Shown here piece by piece: positions 26,917-33,134 of a DNA stretch of 33,134 bases. The position numbers were made by a program, and so were the translations under genes. The notes below the pieces were generated by a model. It searched no databases. It worked only from the letters and a program-made list of their open reading frames with translations, and was not told the DNA's origin. The number at the start of each line of letters is the position of its first letter. Within the stretch, counting starts at the first letter, position 1. Source of the stretch: an uncultured Planctomycetales bacterium (GTDB lineage Bacteria; Planctomycetota; UBA1135); NCBI GenBank assembly GCA_964643675.1, contig CAZXTO010000003.1, positions 1 through 33,134 on the forward strand, given 5' to 3'.

Positions 26917-26984
26917 CCGATGGCGGTCCGGGCCGTCCTCCTCGTGCGGCTGCGCGACACCCGATACCCGAGGAGGAACCACCG

Positions 26985-27791
26985 ATGTTCTTGAGCTTGA
27001 TGATGACCGGGGCCCTGATGCTGCCCCAGGAACCCGTTCAGATCCCGAAGCTGGCCACCGCCAAGGCGCAGCTCGACCAGGCCAAGGAGGCCAAGAAGCA
27101 GAGCCGCGGCACCAAGGGGGCCGCGCGGGTGGCGGCGCTCGACCAGGCCTGCGAGGCCTTCGGCGCGGTCATGGACCACTGGCCCGACAGCGGCGTGATC
27201 GTGGCCGAGGCGGCCTTCCGGCAGGGCGAGATCCACCGCACCCTGGGGCGGCCGGGGCCGGCCAAGGGCGCCTTCCAGACCGCGGTCGACCAGGGCAAGG
27301 GCACCGCCTTCCGGGTCCGGGGCCAGCTCGAGATCGGCCACGTGCATCGCCGCGCCGCCGAGTTCCCGAAGGCGCTCAAGGCCTACAGCGCGGTGCTCCA
27401 GATGCAGGAAGCCGACGTCCGCTACCGCAACGACGCCTTCGAGTGGACCGGCAAGGTCCAGGTCCAACTGGAGGCCTGGGGCAAGGCCGCGGCGGCCTTC
27501 CGCAAGTGGGGGGACAACGCCGAAGGGGCGGCGGAGCTGGTCAAGGCGGCCGACCTGGAGGCCTTGGCCTTGCTGGAGGCGGGCCAGCTGCCGCAGGCCA
27601 AGGCGCGCGTGGCCGAGGTCCGGAGCCAGGCCGAGGACCTGGCCGCCGAGCCGAGCAAGGAGGCCGCGCGGCTGCGCAAGGCGCTGGACCGGATGAAGGC
27701 GCCGGCGGCGATCCTGGCCGCCGAGCAGGCGGCGGCGGAAGCCGGAGGCGAGGCGAGCGGGGCTCCGGCGGCCACCGGAGGTCCCTCCTAG
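26985..27791 (+). CDS. Secreted tetratricopeptide-repeat protein
   Basis: AEAAFRQGEIHRTLG..AKGAFQ; QLEIGHVHRR..KALKAY; FEWTGKVQ..KAAAAF; GAGGAGG SD before ATG 26985. Confidence 0.78.
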   Translation: MFLSLMMTGALMLPQEPVQIPKLATAKAQLDQAKEAKKQSRGTKGAARVAALDQACEAFGAVMDHWPDSGVIVAEAAFRQGEIHRTLGRPGPAKGAFQTAVDQGKGTAFRVRGQLEIGHVHRRAAEFPKALKAYSAVLQMQEADVRYRNDAFEWTGKVQVQLEAWGKAAAAFRKWGDNAEGAAELVKAADLEALALLEAGQLPQAKARVAEVRSQAEDLAAEPSKEAARLRKALDRMKAPAAILAAEQAAAEAGGEASGAPAATGGPS

Positions 27792-28180
27792 GTCTCCGCG
27801 ATCACCACCGCGCCGGCGCTGGTCCGGGTGTGGGTGATCGAGACCCTGAGGCCGCGGAGTCCGTGCGCGCGCGCCAACTCCGCGGCCGCTCCCTGGAGCT
27901 CCAGCCGGGGGCGGCCGCTCTCCTCCCGGTGCAGCTCGAAGTCGCGGAAGCCGACGCCGTCCTGCCCGTAGCCGTGACCGATCGCCTTCATGGCCGCCTC
28001 CTTGGCCGCGAAGCGGGCGGCGAAGTGCGGGGCGGGGTCGGCCCGGCTGGCGCAGTCGGCCTGCTCCGCCGGGCTGAACAGCTTGTCGAGGAAGGCCTGG
28101 CCGCCGCGCTCCATGCTGGCGCGGAAGCGCTCCACCTCGACCAGGTCGATGCCGACGCCGGGAATTCCGTCCGGGATCAC
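27788..28180 (-). CDS. acpS: Holo-[acyl-carrier-protein] synthase
   Basis: GVGIDLVEVERF, FAARFAAKEAAMKAIG, GRP, VSITHT. Confidence 0.95.
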   Translation of the reverse strand: MIPDGIPGVGIDLVEVERFRASMERGGQAFLDKLFSPAEQADCASRADPAPHFAARFAAKEAAMKAIGHGYGQDGVGFRDFELHREESGRPRLELQGAAAELARAHGLRGLRVSITHTRTSAGAVVIAET

Positions 28181-28263
28181 GCTCGGAGGATAGCGTCCGC
28201 CAGGAATCCGGCCGCGGCGATTGCGCGCGGCGCGCTGAGCCGGAATCATGATCCGTCCCGCCG

Positions 28264-30393
28264 ATGTCCCATTCCATCCTCGAAGGCCTGAACCCCGCCC
28301 AGCAGCACGCCGTGCAGCACGGCGAGGGGCCGCTGCTGATCCTGGCCGGCGCCGGCACCGGCAAGACCCGCACCATCACCCGTCGCGTGGCCTACCTGGT
28401 GCAGGCCCGCGGGGTGCCGGCCTCGCGCATCCTGGCCATCACCTTCACCAACAAGGCGGCGCGGGAGATGCGCTCGCGGATCCAGGAGTGGGTGCCGGAC
28501 ACCGGCCTGTGGGTCGGCACCTTCCACGCCACCTGCGCCCGCATGCTGCGCATGGACCCGGAGCCGATCGGTCGCAGCCGCGACTTCACGATCCAGGACG
28601 AGGACGACCGCAAGCGGCTGATCCGCTCGATCATCAAGGACCTGGGCTGGGACCCGACGGTCTACAAGCCGCGGCCGATGCAGACCATCATCTCGAGCTG
28701 GAAGCGGCGGCGCATGGGGCCGACCGCGGCGGCTGAGGAGGCGGCGCTCTACGGCATGAAGGAGGAGCGCGCGGCCCAGGTCTACCAGCGCTACCAGCGC
28801 GAGCTCGACAAGCAGGACGCGCTCGACTTCGACGACCTGCTCGGCAAGGGGCTCGAGCTGGTGCAGAAGGACGCCGCCGGACCGCGCCGCTGGGTCGGGC
28901 GCTTCGACCACATCCTGGTCGACGAGTACCAGGACACCAACGAGATCCAGTACCTGCTGGTCAAGGCGCTGGCGGCGGAGCACCTCAACCTGGCGGTCTG
29001 CGGCGATCCGGACCAGTCGATCTACCGCTGGCGGGGCGCCGACATCCAGAACATCCTCGACTTCGAGAACGACTTCCCCGGCACCGAGGTGGTGCGCTTG
29101 GAGCAGAACTACCGCTCGGTGCGCAACGTGCTCAAGGCGGCCCAGGCGGTGATCCGCAACAACCGCTCGCGGAAGGAGAAGGACCTCGTCACCGAGCGCG
29201 AGGACGGGCCGCCGCTGACCGCCCAGGACAGCCCCGACGAGGAGATGGAGGCCCTCACCGTCGCCCAGAAGGTGCGCGAGTGGGTGCGCGACGGCACCTC
29301 GCAGAAGGAGATCGCGGTCTTCTACCGCACCAACGCCTGCTCCCGGCCGCTCGAGGGTGCCTTCACCCGCCTCCAGATCCCGTACCAGGTGGTCGGCGGC
29401 CTCAGCTTCTTCGAGCGCCGCGAGATCAAGGACCTGCTCGCCTACGGCCGCATGCTGGTCAACCCGCGCGACGACGTCGCCGTCGAGCGGATCCTGAACG
29501 TGCCGCCGCGGGCGATCGGCAAGACCACGGTCGAGCGCTTGCGGGCCTACGCCGGGGAATTCGACGAGGGCCTGCTCCCGGTCATGCGCCGCTCGGAGGT
29601 GCGCGAGGCGCTCGGCACCCGCGCCAAGAAGGCGATCACCTCCTTCCTGGCCCTCTACGTCAACCTCTCCGACCGCACCGCCAAGGCCGAGGACGCGCTC
29701 CGCGCGGCGATCGATCGCACCGGCTACCGGCGCTACGCCGAGGCCCTCGGGGACACCGAGGACGTCGATCGGCTCGAGAACATCGACGAGCTGCTGGCCT
29801 TCGCTACCGAGTACGACGAACGTAGCGACGGCGGCCTGCGCGGCTTCCTCGAGGAGGTCGCCCTGCTCACCGACCACGACCGCTGGGAGGAGGGAGCCCA
29901 GCGCATCAGCCTGATGACCATCCACACCGCCAAGGGGCTGGAGTTCGACCGGGTGGCGGTGGTGGGGCTCGAGGAGGGGCTGTTCCCGCACGTGCGCGCG
30001 CTCGAGGACCCGGACGGGCTCGAGGAGGAGCGGCGTTTGTTCTACGTCGCGCTGACCCGCGCCCGGGAGGAGCTGTTCCTCTCCCACTCGCGCATGCGCT
30101 TCCGCACCGGGGCGCCGGGGCCGCAGACCGGCTCGCGCTTCCTGGACGAGCTGCCTGAGATGCTGCTGGCCGGCGAGTCCGAGGAGGAGGTCCTGCCGGA
30201 GATGAGCATGGAGGAGGGCGCCAGCTCCGATTTCGCCCCCGAGGACTGGGTGCAGCACCGGACCTTCGGCGTCGGCCAGGTCCAGAAGGTGATCGGCAGC
30301 GGCATCAACCAGCGCGTGGTCGTACGCTTCGAGGACGAGGATGACGCCCGCCACCTGCTGGTGGCCTATGCGCCCTTGGAGAAGCTGGAATGA
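28264..30393 (+). CDS. pcrA: UvrD/PcrA superfamily 1 DNA helicase
   Basis: LNPAQ, AGAGTGKT, TFTNKAAREM, VDEYQDTN, GDPDQSIYRWRGA, LEQNYRS, TIHTAKGLEF, EEERRLFYVALTRA; C-terminal Tudor-like HRTFGVG. Confidence 0.95.
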   Translation: MSHSILEGLNPAQQHAVQHGEGPLLILAGAGTGKTRTITRRVAYLVQARGVPASRILAITFTNKAAREMRSRIQEWVPDTGLWVGTFHATCARMLRMDPEPIGRSRDFTIQDEDDRKRLIRSIIKDLGWDPTVYKPRPMQTIISSWKRRRMGPTAAAEEAALYGMKEERAAQVYQRYQRELDKQDALDFDDLLGKGLELVQKDAAGPRRWVGRFDHILVDEYQDTNEIQYLLVKALAAEHLNLAVCGDPDQSIYRWRGADIQNILDFENDFPGTEVVRLEQNYRSVRNVLKAAQAVIRNNRSRKEKDLVTEREDGPPLTAQDSPDEEMEALTVAQKVREWVRDGTSQKEIAVFYRTNACSRPLEGAFTRLQIPYQVVGGLSFFERREIKDLLAYGRMLVNPRDDVAVERILNVPPRAIGKTTVERLRAYAGEFDEGLLPVMRRSEVREALGTRAKKAITSFLALYVNLSDRTAKAEDALRAAIDRTGYRRYAEALGDTEDVDRLENIDELLAFATEYDERSDGGLRGFLEEVALLTDHDRWEEGAQRISLMTIHTAKGLEFDRVAVVGLEEGLFPHVRALEDPDGLEEERRLFYVALTRAREELFLSHSRMRFRTGAPGPQTGSRFLDELPEMLLAGESEEEVLPEMSMEEGASSDFAPEDWVQHRTFGVGQVQKVIGSGINQRVVVRFEDEDDARHLLVAYAPLEKLE

Positions 30394-30884
30394 ACCGACT
30401 CGCCGAGCTGCTGAAGGAGGCCCTGATCACCTGGTTCGGGCTCGGGCACGCCCCGGTCGCCTCGGGCACCTTCGGCACCCTGGGCGGGGTCGTCCTGGCG
30501 GCCCTGGCAGGCTCGCTGTGGCCGGAGCACTACCTGGCGATCGTGCTCGGCCTGGCCGTCGTGCTGTTGCTGATCGGCTCCACCCTGGGCGGCTGGGCCG
30601 AGCGCAAGTGGTCCAGGAAGGACCCGGGCCAGTACGTGCTCGACGAGGTCGTCGGCTACCTGGTGGCGGCGGCCTGGCCGGTGTTCCCCGGCTGGACCCA
30701 CCTCGGATTGGCCTTCCTCCTGTTCCGGATCACCGACATCCTGAAGCCGCCGCCGGCGCGCCAGCTGGAACGGGTCAAGGGCGGCTGGGGTATCCTGCTC
30801 GACGACGTGGTGGCCGGGATCTGGGCGCTGCTGGCCCTGATCGCGGTGCGTCACTTCTTCCCCGACTTCCTGGGAGCCGCTTGA
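30390..30884 (+). CDS. pgpA: Phosphatidylglycerophosphatase A
   Basis: FGLGHAPVASGTFGTL, KDPGQYVLDEVVG, FRITDILKPPP, GGWGILLDDVVAG; ATGA overlap with helicase. Confidence 0.92.
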   Translation: MNRLAELLKEALITWFGLGHAPVASGTFGTLGGVVLAALAGSLWPEHYLAIVLGLAVVLLLIGSTLGGWAERKWSRKDPGQYVLDEVVGYLVAAAWPVFPGWTHLGLAFLLFRITDILKPPPARQLERVKGGWGILLDDVVAGIWALLALIAVRHFFPDFLGAA

Positions 30885-32293
30885 GCCGACCGACCGAGAG
30901 CATCGAGACCGCCGCCGCCCGGCGCAAGGCCGGCAGCGGCATCGCCAACCGCTTCACCCTCGGTCTGGGCATCGTCGCCCTGCTGTTCGCGGTGCCGGCG
31001 AGCCTGCTGCTGATCGACGGCGTACGCGGGCTGAGTCAGGAGACCGCCGAGCAGGCCTGGCGGGGCATGGCGCTGGAGACCGGCGAGATGATGGCGCGCG
31101 GCGCCGAGCTGCCGGAGACACCCTTGCAGGCGCGGCTGCACCAGGGGCAGCACGGCGAGCAGGTCCAGATCGCCGACACCGAGGTCAGCCTCGGCGGGGC
31201 CAAGCAGCCGGCGCAGCTCTACCGGGTGGTGGTCGGCAAGGAAGAGGGCGGCTTCGACCAGGTCGACCTCTACGCCCCGGCGGAGGAGCTCGACTCCGGC
31301 AGCCGGCTGCTCGTGCTGGTGCTGCTCGTGACCGGCGGCCTGGTGGGCATCGTGGTCATCTTCGGCGCGGTCACCGCGCGCCGGGTGGCGGTGCCCTTGC
31401 GCGACATGATCGACGACGTGCTCACGATCAGCCGCGGCCGCTTCGACCACCGGATCCGGACCAAGAAGGCGGTGGGGGAGGTGGTGCTGCTCGGCCGGGC
31501 GGTGGAGCGCATGGTCACCGACCTGGTCGAGGGCCAGGAGAACGAGCGCAAGCTGGAGCGCCGGCAGCGCGAGGTCGAGGTGCTGCGCGAGCTGCGCCGC
31601 AACCTGAAGCCGATGTCGGTCGAGCCGCCGGTGGGCTATTCGATCGAGGCCGCGGTGGTCGAGGCCGCCGGCGCCGGCACCGGCGACTTCGTCGACACCC
31701 TCTCCGACGGGGAGGGGCGCCCCACCCTGGTGGTGGGCGCGACCGCCACCCGCGGCCTGCCCGGCGCCCTGCTGATGGCCATGACCCGGGCCTACCTGCG
31801 CGGCACGGTGCTCGGCGGCGCCTCGCCGGCCGAGGCCTGCGACAGCACCAACACCTCGCTCAACCGGGACCTGGCGCGGGGGTTGTTCGCCTCGGCCATG
31901 GTGGCGCGGCTCGAGCCGGAGGACGCGAGCATCGAGCTGGTCTCGGCTGGGCACAAGGCCCCGGCGGTGCGCTGGGACGCCGAGGCCGGGCAGCTGCGCA
32001 AGCTGCAGCCGAACGGCATCGCGCTCGGCTTCGACAAGGGGCCGATCTTCCGCAAGTCGCTCGAGACTCTGAAGCTGGAGCTGAAGCCCGGCGACGCCCT
32101 GTTCCTGTTCAGCACCGCCGCCGCCGCCGCCGAGAACCCGGACGGCAAGGCCCTCGGAGAGAGCGGGGTCTACGCCCTGGCCAAGATCGCGATGCAGGAC
32201 GGCCTCGGCGCCATGCAGGCCAAGCTCGGCGCCTTCCTCGGCGGCCAGCCGCGCAGCGACCTGGCCTTCGCCCTGATCCGCCGCGAGGCCTGA
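30881..32293 (+). CDS. Two-TM sensor with HAMP and degenerate SpoIIE/RsbU-type PP2C domain
   Basis: TTG start overlapping pgpA TGA; TM1, periplasmic loop, TM2, HAMP (PLRDM..ISRGRFD..GEVVLLGRAVERM), PP2C fold motifs GDFVD, SAGH, GIALG, LKPGDALFLFS. Confidence 0.82.
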   Translation: MSRPTESIETAAARRKAGSGIANRFTLGLGIVALLFAVPASLLLIDGVRGLSQETAEQAWRGMALETGEMMARGAELPETPLQARLHQGQHGEQVQIADTEVSLGGAKQPAQLYRVVVGKEEGGFDQVDLYAPAEELDSGSRLLVLVLLVTGGLVGIVVIFGAVTARRVAVPLRDMIDDVLTISRGRFDHRIRTKKAVGEVVLLGRAVERMVTDLVEGQENERKLERRQREVEVLRELRRNLKPMSVEPPVGYSIEAAVVEAAGAGTGDFVDTLSDGEGRPTLVVGATATRGLPGALLMAMTRAYLRGTVLGGASPAEACDSTNTSLNRDLARGLFASAMVARLEPEDASIELVSAGHKAPAVRWDAEAGQLRKLQPNGIALGFDKGPIFRKSLETLKLELKPGDALFLFSTAAAAAENPDGKALGESGVYALAKIAMQDGLGAMQAKLGAFLGGQPRSDLAFALIRREA

Positions 32294-32325
32294 GCGGCGT
32301 CCGTCCGATCCCGTCGATCCCCGCC

Positions 32326-32619
32326 ATGCGAATCCGCGACTTCCAGCAGCTCATCGAGCGCATCTACTTCGAGAAGGACTCCGGCCGCGGTGTGGCCGCC
32401 ACCCACATGTGGTTCGCCGAGGAGGTGGGGGAGCTGACCCGGGCCCTGCGCCGCGACGACGACCGGCAGAACCTGGAAGAGGAGTTCGCCGACGTGCTGG
32501 CCTGGCTGAGCACCCTTGCCTCGATCAAGGGCGTGGACCTCGAGGCCGTGGCGGCGCGCAAGTACTCCGACGGCTGCCCTTACTGCCACGCCACGCCCTG
32601 CGCCTGCGGGACGGGATAG
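32326..32619 (+). CDS. Single-domain MazG nucleotide pyrophosphohydrolase with C-terminal Cys cluster
   Basis: WFAEEVGEL, EEEFADVLAWLSTLA, CPYCHATPCAC. Confidence 0.88.
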   Translation: MRIRDFQQLIERIYFEKDSGRGVAATHMWFAEEVGELTRALRRDDDRQNLEEEFADVLAWLSTLASIKGVDLEAVAARKYSDGCPYCHATPCACGTG

Positions 32620-32636
32620 GCGGCGCGGGCCGGGGC

Positions 32637-32749
32637 AAAAAAAGTGGGACAGCTCAACCCGCCAGCCCCCTGGATGAATCCTTTGCGGCGGTTCGAACTG
32701 TCCCGAGAGGCCCAACCTGACGTTTGCCGAGCCTGCTTGCTTCAGGGGG
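32637..32749 (-). ncRNA. Candidate structured small RNA ending in an intrinsic terminator
   Basis: Minus strand: 9-bp hairpin (3 G-U), then 18-position hairpin (2 G-U, 1 mismatch), then U7; no credible ORF; 5' end uncertain. Confidence 0.5.
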
Positions 32750-32805
32750 TATGATGGGCCCAGCGGAGGAAAGGTTCCCGAGTTTTTCTCGGGCCGCAAA
32801 GTTCG

Positions 32806-33090
32806 ATGAAAAAGAGACTTACGGTGAAATGCCCGGGCTGTGGTGAGCGTCTCGAGGTGGATCCCCGCAGCGGCGAGGTGGTCTCCCTGGGCCAAGGGGA
32901 GAAGCCGCAGGATCTCGCGGAGGCGGTGCAGCGCAGCGAGCAGCGCACCGATACGGTGAAGGACAGCTTCGCCGCCGCGCTCGAGGCCGAGCGGAACCGC
33001 AAGGGCGAGCTCGAGGACGCCTTCCGCAAGGCCGCCCAGAAGGCCAAGGAGACCGACGTCGAGTCCCCCGATGAGGACCGGTGGAGATGA
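32806..33090 (+). CDS. Small hypothetical protein with N-terminal CxxC knuckle and coiled-coil
   Basis: VKCPGCGERLEVDPRSGEV then a charged helix; TATGAT (32750-32755) upstream may be its -10. Confidence 0.72.
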   Translation: MKKRLTVKCPGCGERLEVDPRSGEVVSLGQGEKPQDLAEAVQRSEQRTDTVKDSFAAALEAERNRKGELEDAFRKAAQKAKETDVESPDEDRWR

Positions 33091-33134
33091 GGAAGAGGTG
33101 TCAGGCTCCTTCGTAAGATTTCGTGGAGAACTCC

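Noticed and set aside
30341-30880. Long N-terminal extension of the PP2C-like ORF in the ORF track
   Set aside because: Overlaps pgpA out of frame with low-complexity translation; TTG 30881 coupled to the pgpA stop is more plausible

Overview
GC-rich bacterial chromosomal segment with about 31 genes, no rRNA, tRNA, CRISPR array or intact mobile element. The gene content (sulfatase, QW-repeat alpha/alpha-barrel protein, ECF sigma, secreted TPR proteins) suggests a Planctomycetota-like organism; this is inference only. Recognisable genes include speA, an M36/M4-like metalloprotease, an orphan amino-DNA methyltransferase, an SGNH hydrolase, a NYN-cold-shock protein, nupC, purine nucleoside phosphorylase, ahpC, a ClC-CBS-TrkA_C protein, a PduO-type adenosyltransferase, patatin, XdhC, acpS and a uvrD/pcrA-pgpA-PP2C-like-MazG operon. 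Most notable observations: (1) a candidate ~110-nt minus-strand structured sRNA at 32637-32749; (2) a GGGGTCAGAC-core REP-like repeat family forming a 122-bp near-perfect palindrome and a second cluster; (3) an in-frame metallophosphoesterase-sulfatase fusion; (4) a HAMP-PP2C receptor that has lost most catalytic aspartates; (5) short, uncharged export signals ending in Gln on many secreted proteins; (6) a recurrent leaderless-promoter signature and several ECF-type promoter motifs. All calls come from reading motifs by eye; no database search was run.
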